DNA from: Planctomycetota bacterium | GTDB lineage: Bacteria > Planctomycetota > PLA2 > JAEUHO01 | Assembly: GCA_046350655.1 (NCBI GenBank) | Contig: JAXMAB010000004.1 | Coordinates: 1,005,225-1,069,224 of the forward strand | Reading direction: 5' to 3' | Length of the DNA stretch: 64,000 bases | Part shown: positions 46,627 to 56,622 of the stretch, in pieces | How positions within the stretch are numbered: the first letter of the stretch is position 1 | Layout: every line of letters begins with the position of its first letter | Made by a program: the position numbers and the translations under genes | Notes under the pieces: model-generated | The model's database searches: none | The model's input: only the letters and a program-made list of their open reading frames with translations | Told to the model about the DNA's origin: nothing

Positions 46627-46768
46627 GGAGGTCCTGTGGGGAGCGCTGGGGGAGGCCCGGCGCGAACGACGCAGGGTAGTCCGGCCGCCCCCCGGGGACA
46701 ACCTCCGCGGGGGGTGGCCGGAGCGCCGGTGGCCCCTCCCTCCCACCCCCGGCTACAATCGCCCGGCG

Positions 46769-47287
46769 ATGCACGTCGAGATCGTCCACTGGCCGAACCC
46801 CATCCTCACCCGGGGGACGTCCCCGGTCACCCCGGCGGATCTGACGGACGACTTCCGTGACACGGTCGCCCAGATGACCCGCCTCATGATCGACCTCCGG
46901 GGCGTCGGCCTGGCGGCCCCCCAGGCCGGCATCGGCAAGCGGTTCATGCTCGTCTGCCCGACGGGCGAGGCCGGCGACGAACGGGTCGTCATCAACCCCG
47001 AGATCGTGGCCCGCGAGGGCGACGAGGAGATGGAGGAGGGCTGCCTCTCCTTCCCCAAGATCTACGGGACCATCCGCCGCGCCGCCAAGGTGAAGGTCCG
47101 CTGGCGCGACCTCGACTGGAAGGAGCACGAGGAGGTCCTCGACGGCTTCATCGCCCGCATCTTCCAGCACGAGCTCGACCACCTCAACGGCGTCGTCTTC
47201 ATCGACCGCATGGACGACACCGACCTCTCGGCCGCCAAGCCCCGCCTCGCCGAGCTCAAGAAGGCCTTCGCCGCGACGCCGCGGTGA
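46769..47287 (+). CDS. def: peptide deformylase
   Basis: 172 aa: GVGLAAPQ, EGCLSFP, HELDHLNG motifs. A -10-like TACAAT lies at 46754-46759. Confidence 0.9.
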   Translation: MHVEIVHWPNPILTRGTSPVTPADLTDDFRDTVAQMTRLMIDLRGVGLAAPQAGIGKRFMLVCPTGEAGDERVVINPEIVAREGDEEMEEGCLSFPKIYGTIRRAAKVKVRWRDLDWKEHEEVLDGFIARIFQHELDHLNGVVFIDRMDDTDLSAAKPRLAELKKAFAATPR

Positions 47288-47291
47288 CCCC

Positions 47292-48251
47292 GTGCGCGTC
47301 GTCACCGGCCGCGACGCGCTGACCCAGGCCTCGTTCCGCCGCCCGGTCGTCGCCATCGGAGTCTTCGACGGCGTCCACCGCGGCCACCGCCACGTCCTCG
47401 AGAGCCTCCGCGCCTTCGCCGACGAAGCCGACGGCGAGGCCGTCGTCGTCACCTTCGACACCCACCCGCGCGCCCTCCTCGACGGCCGGGCCCCGCGCCC
47501 GCTCGTCTCCCTCGCGCACCGCCTCCTCCTGCTCTCGCGCCTCGGCCTCGACGCCGTCGTCGTCCTCCCCTTCGACGCCGCCATGCGCGACACGCCCTTC
47601 GACGCCTTCGTCGCCGACGTCCTGGTCGGCCGCATCGGCGTCCGCGGCCTCCTCTTCGGCTACGACACCTGCTTCGGCCGCGACGGCCTCGGCACCTTCG
47701 ACACCGTCGCGCCCCTCGCGCTCCGCCACGGCTTTGCGGTCCGCCGCGCGCCGCCCATCGCCGTCGGCGGCCGCCCCATCTCCGCCACCCGCATCCGCGA
47801 AGCCCTCGAGCGCGGCGACCTCGAGGCCGCCGCCGAGCTCCTCGGCCGCCCGCCCACGCTCTACGGCCCCGTCGTCCACGGCGACGGCCGCGGCCGCACC
47901 CTCGGCTTCCCGACCGCCAACGTCGACCTCGAGGGCGAGTCGCTCCCGCCCGCCGGCGTCTACCAGGTCGTCGCCACGCTCCGCGGCCGCCGCTACGCCG
48001 CGGTCGCCAACATCGGGACGCGACCCACCTTCCCGGACGCGAGGCCCGCCCGCCCGCTGCTCGAGGTCCACGTCCCCGGCGTCGACTTCGCCTTCTACGG
48101 CGAGCCCCTCGAGGTCGAGCTGGTCCGCAAGATCCGCGACGAGCAGCGCTTCCCGAACCGCGACGCGCTCGTCGCGCAGATCCGCCGCGACGTCGCGTCG
48201 CTCGCCCTCCCCGCCGCCGACGATCCGGCCGGCGGGCCGACCGATCGCTGA
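47292..48251 (+). CDS. ribF: bifunctional riboflavin kinase / FMN adenylyltransferase
   Basis: 319 aa, GTG start 5 nt after the def stop. GVFDGVHRGH N-terminal FAD-synthetase motif and a C-terminal riboflavin kinase domain (GRTLGFPTANV, PTFPD). Confidence 0.85.
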   Translation: MRVVTGRDALTQASFRRPVVAIGVFDGVHRGHRHVLESLRAFADEADGEAVVVTFDTHPRALLDGRAPRPLVSLAHRLLLLSRLGLDAVVVLPFDAAMRDTPFDAFVADVLVGRIGVRGLLFGYDTCFGRDGLGTFDTVAPLALRHGFAVRRAPPIAVGGRPISATRIREALERGDLEAAAELLGRPPTLYGPVVHGDGRGRTLGFPTANVDLEGESLPPAGVYQVVATLRGRRYAAVANIGTRPTFPDARPARPLLEVHVPGVDFAFYGEPLEVELVRKIRDEQRFPNRDALVAQIRRDVASLALPAADDPAGGPTDR

Positions 48252-48295
48252 CCCGCCGCGGTACGCTCTCCGCCTCCCTTCCTCGGAGCCCCGCC

Positions 48296-48520
48296 ATGGC
48301 CGATCCCGCCCCGAACGTCACCGTCACCGTCAAGCCGAACGGCCCGCTCCTCGTCGCCGGGCCCATCACCCTCGTCGACCCCACGGGCCAGACGGTCGCG
48401 TTGCCGGCCGGCCGTCCCACCGCGCTCTGCCGCTGCGGCCACTCGACGATGAAGCCGTTCTGCGACGGCTCCCACGGCCCCAAGGGCTTCCACGCGGCCG
48501 AGGCGGCGCCGAAGCGCTGA
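48296..48520 (+). CDS. CDGSH-type iron-sulfur domain protein
   Basis: 74 aa with CRCGHSTMKPFCDGSHGPKGF, which matches the C-X-C-X2-(S/T)-X3-P-X-C-D-G-(S/A/T)-H signature. Confidence 0.75.
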   Translation: MADPAPNVTVTVKPNGPLLVAGPITLVDPTGQTVALPAGRPTALCRCGHSTMKPFCDGSHGPKGFHAAEAAPKR

Positions 48521-48538
48521 CGCCCGGTCGTGCGCCCC

Positions 48539-48593
48539 GGGACGCGAGGCCCGGTCGCCGTCCCTCCGGACGGCGCGCGGGCCTCGCGGTCCC
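48539..48593. repeat. REP-like palindrome GGGACGCGAGGCCCGG ..(nested GCCGTCCctcCGGACGGC hairpin).. CGGGCCTCGCGGTCCC after the CDGSH gene
   Basis: Inverted arms with a nested inner hairpin in the loop. Confidence 0.6.
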
Positions 48594-48761
48594 GAACCGC
48601 GTCCTTCCCCTCACGCGTCGCGCGCCGCGCGACGTGGACCGCCGTGCGTCCCGGGGCCGCCCACGGGCCTCGTGGTCCCGTGCGCCGGACCGTTTCCCCC
48701 GGGGCGCCGGTCTGCGAGGATCGTCGGGCGCACGCGAGGTCGCGTGCTCGGAGGCGAAGCG

Positions 48762-49856
48762 ATGGCCGACGTCCCCCCGACCCGTCCGGGCGCGTGCCCG
48801 TCGTCGGAGACGCTCGACGCGTTCGTCGCGGGGTCGCTCGACGCCGGCGCGCGGGACGGCGTCGCGCGCCACCTCGCGACGTGTTTCATGTGCCGCGCCG
48901 TCGCGGTGGGGCTCGCGAAGGCGGCCGGGAAGTCGCCGGACGCCGCGGGGATCCCCGCGCGTGACGGCGGCGCGTCGTCGCGGCCCGCGGCGACGTCGGC
49001 GCCTGCACCGTCGGGGAACGGGCCGTCGGGCGGCGCGCCGTCGGGCAACGCGCCGGCGTCGCGGCCTTCGCCGACCGGAGCCCCGTCGCCGACCGGCGGC
49101 GACGCAGGCAACCGTCGCGGGCCGGGCCTCGCGGTCCCGAAAGTCGTCGGGGTCGTGGTCCTGGTCGTCGTGGCGATCGGGCTGTACCTGGCGTTGAAGT
49201 CGTGCGGCGGCGGTGGGGGTGCGTCGGCGGGGAAGGACGGCGAGGCCGTGCTGGCGGCGGTGGCGGGCGACCTCGCGGCGAAGTCGCCGGACCTGTTCGC
49301 GGGGTTCGCGCCGGTGCCGCGCGGCGAGCGCGTGGCGGCGCAGGCGATGGTGCGCGACGGCGAGATCGAGGTGCACGGGCCGACGGAGGTGGTGCTCGGC
49401 GGGCGGCCGCGGTTCGCGTGGGTGCAGAGCGGGCGCGTGCGGAACTACGACCTCGTGCTGAAGGGCGCGGACGGGAAGACGGCGTGGAAGAAGCGCATCG
49501 AGGGCTTCGCGGCGCCATTCCCGGCGGACGAGGCGCCGCTGCCGGCGGGGTCGGCGTGGACGTGGGAGGTGTCGGGCAAGCGTTCGACGGGGACGGTGCG
49601 GGGCGTGCGGACGTTCCGCGTGGCGACGGACGACGAGCGCAAGCGGTACGAGGCGGCGGTGGCGGTGGTGCGCGCGCGGCCGGCGTCGGACCGGCCGAAC
49701 CTGGTGGTGGCGCACCTGGCGCTGCGGGCGGGGCTGCTCGAGGAGGCGGAGGCCGCGGCGGCGGCCGACGTGCGGGCGTTCCCGGGCGACGACGCGGGCC
49801 GGACAACGCTTGCGTGCGTCCGCGCGCGGCTGGGGATCGTGCCCGACGGGCCGTGA
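48762..49856 (+). CDS. putative zinc-finger anti-sigma factor-like membrane protein (no adjacent ECF sigma gene)
   Basis: 364 aa from M31 of track ORF 48672..49856. H-x3-C-x2-C motif (HLATCFMCR) near the N-terminus, a Pro/Ser/Gly-rich linker, TM segment VVGVVVLVVVAIGLYLAL, and a C-terminal extracytoplasmic domain. Confidence 0.5.
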   Translation: MADVPPTRPGACPSSETLDAFVAGSLDAGARDGVARHLATCFMCRAVAVGLAKAAGKSPDAAGIPARDGGASSRPAATSAPAPSGNGPSGGAPSGNAPASRPSPTGAPSPTGGDAGNRRGPGLAVPKVVGVVVLVVVAIGLYLALKSCGGGGGASAGKDGEAVLAAVAGDLAAKSPDLFAGFAPVPRGERVAAQAMVRDGEIEVHGPTEVVLGGRPRFAWVQSGRVRNYDLVLKGADGKTAWKKRIEGFAAPFPADEAPLPAGSAWTWEVSGKRSTGTVRGVRTFRVATDDERKRYEAAVAVVRARPASDRPNLVVAHLALRAGLLEEAEAAAAADVRAFPGDDAGRTTLACVRARLGIVPDGP

Positions 49857-50076
49857 CGCGGTCGGGCGCGTGGTCCGGTCGCGGGTGGGGGGGACGCGAG
49901 GCCCGTGCGGGGGGCGGCCGCGCGGTGGGGCCGCCGGGCCGGTGCGGGCGGGCTTCGTCGGCGGTGCGAGCCCTGCTGGGGGGGCGGTCGCGGCCGGGCC
50001 TCCCCCCCTAGAATGGGGCGTGGCGGGCGGGGTGTGCTACCCCTTCTCCCTCCGATCGGGTGTCCGCGGCCCGAGT

Positions 50077-50152
50077 GGGCAGGTAGCTCAGCTGGTAGAG
50101 CGTCGGACTGAAAATCCGAAGGTCACCGGTTCAATCCCGGTCCTGCCCACCA
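50077..50152 (+). tRNA. tRNA-Phe (anticodon GAA)
   Basis: GGGCAGGTAGCTCAGCTGGTAGAGCGTCGGACTGAAAATCCGAAGGTCACCGGTTCAATCCCGGTCCTGCCCACCA: 7-bp acceptor stem, anticodon loop cT-GAA-aa, T-arm GGTTCAATCC, encoded CCA. Confidence 0.9.
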
Positions 50153-50293
50153 CTCTCTCCTCGTCGGCGTTTCGTCGGCCTCTCCTCGTCGGCCGCCCCG
50201 CGACCCCGTCCCGCGCGTGCCGCCCCCCGAACGCCCCCCGGGCGGTCCTCCGCGTGCGCCGGTAGACTGCCGCCGTCTTCGGAGGAACGGGCG

Positions 50294-50491
50294 ATGTCCG
50301 CGACACGCAAGTCGGTTTGGATCCTCTCGGCGCTCGCGTTCATCGGTGGCTGTTGGGCGATCGACATGGCCGATAGTCTCAAGCGCGGGCACGAGGTCTA
50401 CGCGATCGCGCTCATCGCGGACAGCATCTTCGTCTCTTCATGCGTCTGCACGGCCGCCGTGCTCGCCTCGCGTCCCGACCGCCAGGCGTAG
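50294..50491 (+). CDS. small membrane protein (65 aa)
   Basis: GGAGGA SD 8 nt upstream of the ATG. MSATRKSVWILSALAFIGGCWAI... No recognised family. Confidence 0.4.
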   Translation: MSATRKSVWILSALAFIGGCWAIDMADSLKRGHEVYAIALIADSIFVSSCVCTAAVLASRPDRQA

Positions 50492-50541
50492 CCGAGCGCG
50501 CGTCGCCGCTTCCCCGTCGCGATGCGACGGCAGGCTCGGCA

Positions 50542-51483
50542 TCAGTTCGTCCGAACGGACGCGGCGACGCGGAACCCGACGTACTCGCGGGTCTCCCCCT
50601 CGCCCTGCACCCCGATGCGGAACGCGGCGCGGAGCATGTAGGCGTTCTCGCCGCCATAGGCGCCGCCGCGCCGGAGGTGAGAGCCGCTCGGCGGGGGCCC
50701 GAGCGGGTCGATCGCGGGACCCGGCGGGTAGTCCCGATCGTCGTACCCGTCCGAGCACCACTCGCTCGCGTTGCCGTGCACCTCGTGCAGGCCGAAGGGG
50801 TTCGCGGGCAGCGAGCCCACGGGGACCGTCGTGCCGCGGGCCTCGCGCTTGTGGTCCTCGTCGTACGGCGTGACGTTCCCGTCGTAGTTCGCCATGTCCG
50901 ACGAGAGCCAGTTGCCCCACCAGAAGGCGGTGGACGTGCCGGCGCGGCAGGCCCGCTCCCACTCCGCCTCCGTCGGGAGCCGGTACGTCAGGCGCCGGTC
51001 CCCGTGGCCGGGTTCCTGGGCGTTCAGCCAGCCGACGTAGTCGAGCGCGTCCTGGAACGACACCTGCACGACCGGTTGGTCGTCGCCGTCGAGGGAGCCC
51101 TTGGCCGTGCCCGTGCTCCGGTGCCCGGGCCGGAACCGTCGGAACTGCGCGTTCGTGACCTCGGTCGTCTGGAGGTAGTACGCGCGCGTCAACCGGACCT
51201 CGTGCTGCGTCTCGGTCGCCTCCTCGTGGCCGGGTTCGTCGGGCGGCGATCCCATCAGGAACGTCCCCGACGGGACAAGGACGAAGCGCATCCCCTGCGG
51301 GTTCTCGAACGCGACGGGGACGCCGAGCCGTCGCGCCTCGGCGCGTTGCACGTCGGCGACGTGGGCCCAAGCCGGGACGGCGTCCGACGCGGGGCCCGGG
51401 GCTGGGCCTCCGTCCGGTCCGCCGCAGCCCGCGAGGAGCAGGCCGGTCAGGGAGAGGACGACGCGTCGATACATCCCGCGCAC
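50542..51483 (-). CDS. formylglycine-generating-enzyme (SUMF1/FGE-sulfatase) family lipoprotein
   Basis: 313 aa. Lipobox LLLAGC. FLMGSP, VTNAQFRRF, EAEWERACRAG, GLHEVHGNASEWCSD, GFRVA are FGE-domain hallmarks. Confidence 0.8.
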   Translation of the reverse strand: MRGMYRRVVLSLTGLLLAGCGGPDGGPAPGPASDAVPAWAHVADVQRAEARRLGVPVAFENPQGMRFVLVPSGTFLMGSPPDEPGHEEATETQHEVRLTRAYYLQTTEVTNAQFRRFRPGHRSTGTAKGSLDGDDQPVVQVSFQDALDYVGWLNAQEPGHGDRRLTYRLPTEAEWERACRAGTSTAFWWGNWLSSDMANYDGNVTPYDEDHKREARGTTVPVGSLPANPFGLHEVHGNASEWCSDGYDDRDYPPGPAIDPLGPPPSGSHLRRGGAYGGENAYMLRAAFRIGVQGEGETREYVGFRVAASVRTN

Positions 51484-51849
51484 TCTATCGGGGCGCGGGG
51501 CCGATCGCTCCGGAGTCCGTCCGGAAGGTCGAGCGGCGGACCACCGCCCGATCCCCGGGACGATCGCACGGTCGCGCTCCGCGCGAGACTCCCGGGTCGC
51601 GTTGCTGCCCGATGCCGAGGCGAGCCCGGTCGGGGTCGGTCAGGCGCGTCGCTTCCGGCGCCCGCGCAGCCGGCGCCAGAGCGACCGCAGTCCGTGGATC
51701 AGGACGGGCAGGCCCCACGACGACGGTCGCGTCGTCATGTCGCGGACGTCGGGACGGTCGTCGTCGGACGGCCGCCGCGCGGAGTGGGAACGTCGAGGCC
51801 GGTTAGCCACGGCGCCCTCGCGCCGCGGGCGGGAAGGACCTGCCGCGTG

Positions 51850-52113
51850 TCACTTCGCCTCCGCGCGTTGGCGCGGCCAGAAGCCGGAAACGGCGCAGGT
51901 GATCCCGGCAGCGAGCAACAGCGCCGTCCCGCGCGAACGGTCCGGCGTGTTCGGCGCGACGTCTCGACGGGCGCCCGCGGGTCCGACGTCGAAGCTCCCG
52001 AAGTGGATCGCGGCCAACTCGTCGTCGACGCTCCCTTCGATGGGTTCGGGTCGGCGCCACGGCGGCATTCCGAGCCAGCCACCCGTCAGGCTCGAGATCG
52101 CGTAGACCGCCAT
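51850..52113 (-). CDS. hypothetical protein (87 aa; the start could extend to 52329)
   Basis: Good GC3 bias in this frame. No family recognised. Confidence 0.3.
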   Translation of the reverse strand: MAVYAISSLTGGWLGMPPWRRPEPIEGSVDDELAAIHFGSFDVGPAGARRDVAPNTPDRSRGTALLLAAGITCAVSGFWPRQRAEAK

Positions 52114-52258
52114 CGTGGCCCCCAGGACGACCCACACGGTCCGCACGGCTCGACCCACCCGAGTAGCGTAACAACGATCCCGTGCGCGAGCGCCGCCACC
52201 CGGCTCGGGTTGCGCGGTCCGGAGGGGGGCGCGACGCCGTCGCGCTGCGCCGGCGCGC

Positions 52259-52870
52259 GTGACACGACGCGGAAGGGCGGCCGGCCCCGTGGCGTCGAAG
52301 CCGCGGATGGAACCGCCGACCGTGAGCACGCCGTGGCGCCGGAGGTGGCGTGTGGTCCGGTGGGCCCTCGTGGCGCTCGGCTGCGTGGTCGTCGCCTACG
52401 GTGTCGCGGTGCGGACGGGCGTGGGGTGGGGCACGCCGTGCTGGGAACCCGCGCGGGTCACGGAGGCGAACGGCCTCGAGGTCCGGGCACGACGTCGCTG
52501 GGCGCCCGCGGTCGTCGCCGGCGCGGGCGCCGCGATCGCCTTCGTCGCATGGCCCCGTCGGCCGCGCGCCGCGGGCAGGTTCGATGGACGGCGCTGGCTG
52601 TGGATCCCGTGCCTCGAGGTCGTGTTCGGGCTGCATGCGCCGTGCGCCGCGGACTGGGGCGAGGCGTTCCGCGCGCTGGCGGGTCCGTTCGCGTGGGTCC
52701 TGGCGAGACCGTTCTCCGCCGACCTCGTGGGCGCCTTCGTCGCGCTCGGCGTCGTCGTCTGGATGACCGCCCGCAGCGTGGCCCGCCCGTCGTTCACCAC
52801 GATGCTGTGGTTGCTCCCGTGGTACGTGCTGTGGTTCGTGCTGTCGGCGCCGTTCGAGTGGCGCGCCTGA
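52259..52870 (+). CDS. hypothetical integral membrane protein (about 4 TM helices)
   Basis: 203 aa. Hydrophobic segments WALVALGCVVVAYGVAV, AVVAGAGAAIAFVAW, FVALGVVVWMTA, MLWLLPWYVLWFVLSAPF. Confidence 0.45.
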   Translation: MTRRGRAAGPVASKPRMEPPTVSTPWRRRWRVVRWALVALGCVVVAYGVAVRTGVGWGTPCWEPARVTEANGLEVRARRRWAPAVVAGAGAAIAFVAWPRRPRAAGRFDGRRWLWIPCLEVVFGLHAPCAADWGEAFRALAGPFAWVLARPFSADLVGAFVALGVVVWMTARSVARPSFTTMLWLLPWYVLWFVLSAPFEWRA

Positions 52871-52945
52871 GCGTCGACGCGCGGCGAGGGCCGCCCCCGC
52901 CGGCGGCCGGGCCTCGCGTACCCGCGAGCCCGAGTGGGGACCGGG

Positions 52946-54328
<1,383 letters not shown>

Positions 54329-54510
54329 GGGGGCAGCGTATCAGAGAAAAAACCTCAGAAGTGTGAGGAAGTATCACCTGGCACGCGAGGCCCGCCCCGA
54401 CGTAACCGGCGGCAACGCGGCGGGTTACGTCGCCGGCCCGATCGGCACGGCGTGTGTTCCTGCGGGCCGGCCGCGGCGCGTTCGTGTCCGCCGGCCCGGA
54501 GGGTCCTCCC

Positions 54511-56553
54511 ATGTACGTCCCGCTCGTCGTCTCGGCGCTCGAGGCCGGGCTGCCGTGGTTCGTCGTGGCGCTGCTCTGGCTCGTCGGCACGCCGCTCGCG
54601 CTCTACCTCCTGGTCCGGCTGCTCGGCTTCCGCCGGATCCCGAACGACCGCGTCGGCGTCGTCGAGAAGCTGTGGTCGTTCGCGGGCTCCGTCGAGGGCG
54701 GGCACCTGCTCGCCCGGTCCGGCGAGGCCGGGTACCAGGCGCGGCTGCTGCGCGGCGGGCTCCACTGCCTGCTGTTCCCGTGGCAGTACCGCGTCCACGT
54801 CCTGCCGCTCGTGGCCGTCTCGCAGGGCAAGCTCGCCTACGTCTACGCCCGCGACGGCGAGCCGCTCCCGCCCGACCAGACGCTGGCGCGCGTCGTCGCA
54901 TGCAACCACTTCCAGGACGCCGAGGGGTTCCTCGCGCGGGACGCGCAGGGGCACGGCGGGCAGCGCGGACGCCAGCGCGCGATCCTGCGCGAGGGCGTCT
55001 ACGCGATCAACCTCGCGCTGTTCGTCGTCATCACGGAGGAGGCCGTGTACCGCCTCGAGCTCGGCGACGAGAGCGAGCGGCGGTCCGTGGACCGCTGGCA
55101 GCGGGAACTCGCCGGCCTCGACGCGTTCTCGCCGGTCGTGATCGGCGGGCGGCCGGGCGCGCCGGAGACGGCCTCCGACGAGATCGGCATCGTCACCACC
55201 CAGGACGGGCCGGCGCTCCCGCCGGGCGAGGTGATCGCGCCCGCGGTGGGGGGCAGCGAGGGCAGCGTGGACGTGCACAACCGCTACCAGGACGTCGAGG
55301 CGTTCCTGAAGGCGGGCGGGCTCCGCGGGCGGCAGCTGGTCCCGATCGTGGACGGGACGTACTTCCTGAACCGCTGGTTCGCGAGCCTCGAGCGCATCCC
55401 GAAGACGGTCGTCCCCATCGGGCACGTCGGGGTCGTCGTCTCGTACCACGGCAAGTCGGGCGCCGACCTCTCGGGCGCCGGCTTCCGGCACGGCGAGCGG
55501 GTGGCCGAGGGCGGGCGCGGCGTGCTCGAGCGCACGCTCGGCCCGGGCAAGTACCCGTTCAACACCTACGCCGGGCAGGTCCACCTGGTCCCGACGACGA
55601 ACTTCGTCCTGCACTGGATCACCGGGCGGTCCGAGTCGCACCGCTACGACGAGTCGCTCAAGTCCATCGACCTCGTGACCGCCGACGCGTTCGAGCCGGT
55701 CCTCCCGCTCTCGATCGTCGTGCACATCGACTACGAGCGCGCGCCGAGCGTGATCCAGCGCTTCGGCGACGTGAAGCGGCTCATCACCCAGACCCTCGAC
55801 CCGCTCCTGTCGGCCTACTTCCGCGACATCGCGCACAAGAAGACGATGCTCCAGCTGCTCCACGAGCGCGACGCGATCCAGCGGGAGGCGACCCTGGCGC
55901 TGCGGACCCGCTTCGCCGAGTTCGACATCCAGCTCGTGGACGTCCTGATCGGGAAGCCCGACAGCCAGCCCGGCGACACGAAGATCGAGACGCTGCTCGA
56001 GCAGCTGCGCCTGCGCCAGCTGTCGAAGGAGCAGGTCGAGACGTACGAGCAGCAGCGCCTCGCGGCCGAGCGGTTGAAGACGCTCCGGCTCGCGGAGGCG
56101 GTGGCGACGAAGCAGACCGAGCTGACGAACAGCCAGGTCGAGATCGAGATCGCCCAGAACCACGGCAACGCCGACCTCGCCCGCGCGAGGCTGGCCGCCG
56201 AGCAGACGGTCGTGACGTCGGAGGCCGAGGGGCGGCGGCGCGTGCTCCTCGCGGAGGCGGCCTCGCGCGAGGCGGTCGTCATGGGCGAGGGAGAGGCCCG
56301 CGCGACGGCGCTCCGCGGCGACGCCGAGGCCGGCGTGCTCCGGGCGAAGGCGGCCGCGCTCGGCGACCCGCGCCTCTACGCGCTCACGGTGCTCGCGCGG
56401 CGGATGGCGTCGAGCCGGCAGCCGCTCGTCCCCGACCGGGTGTTCCTCGGCGGCGCCGACGGCGCGGCGGGCCCGGCCGTGGGCCCGCTCGCCGCGCTCT
56501 TCGACCTCGTCCGCGACGGTGCGCCCCGCGTGCCCGACGTCGCCGCGCCCTGA
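54511..56553 (+). CDS. SPFH/band-7 (flotillin-like, YqiK-type) membrane protein
   Basis: 680 aa from ATG 54511 (GGAGGG SD). N-terminal TM segment, SPFH domain, and a long coiled-coil region rich in A/E/R/L (LEQLRLRQLSKEQVETYEQQRLAAERLKTLRLAEAVATKQTEL...). Confidence 0.8.
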   Translation: MYVPLVVSALEAGLPWFVVALLWLVGTPLALYLLVRLLGFRRIPNDRVGVVEKLWSFAGSVEGGHLLARSGEAGYQARLLRGGLHCLLFPWQYRVHVLPLVAVSQGKLAYVYARDGEPLPPDQTLARVVACNHFQDAEGFLARDAQGHGGQRGRQRAILREGVYAINLALFVVITEEAVYRLELGDESERRSVDRWQRELAGLDAFSPVVIGGRPGAPETASDEIGIVTTQDGPALPPGEVIAPAVGGSEGSVDVHNRYQDVEAFLKAGGLRGRQLVPIVDGTYFLNRWFASLERIPKTVVPIGHVGVVVSYHGKSGADLSGAGFRHGERVAEGGRGVLERTLGPGKYPFNTYAGQVHLVPTTNFVLHWITGRSESHRYDESLKSIDLVTADAFEPVLPLSIVVHIDYERAPSVIQRFGDVKRLITQTLDPLLSAYFRDIAHKKTMLQLLHERDAIQREATLALRTRFAEFDIQLVDVLIGKPDSQPGDTKIETLLEQLRLRQLSKEQVETYEQQRLAAERLKTLRLAEAVATKQTELTNSQVEIEIAQNHGNADLARARLAAEQTVVTSEAEGRRRVLLAEAASREAVVMGEGEARATALRGDAEAGVLRAKAAALGDPRLYALTVLARRMASSRQPLVPDRVFLGGADGAAGPAVGPLAALFDLVRDGAPRVPDVAAP

Positions 56554-56622
56554 TCGGGCCGCGCGACGGGGGACGTGTGCGGAGCGGGCCCGGGCCGACG
56601 TGCGCCCGGGCCCGCGAAGGCG

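Noticed and set aside
46754-46759. TACAAT as a mapped def promoter
   Set aside because: It is -10-like and well placed (10 nt before the ATG), but there is no recognisable -35 and a 6-mer is weak evidence. Mentioned under the def feature only.
50077-52900. tRNA-Phe as an integration site of a genomic island
   Set aside because: No integrase, no direct repeat of the tRNA 3-prime end downstream, and the downstream genes (FGE-family lipoprotein, membrane proteins, sigma-54 activator) have the same composition as the rest of the window.
54377-54392. TGGCAC hexamer in the sigma-54 activator / SPFH divergent region as a sigma-54 -24 element
   Set aside because: No GC/TTGC -12 element at the required spacing (TGGCACGCGAGGCCCG). 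The hexamer is part of a REP-like arm CACGCGAGGCCCG.
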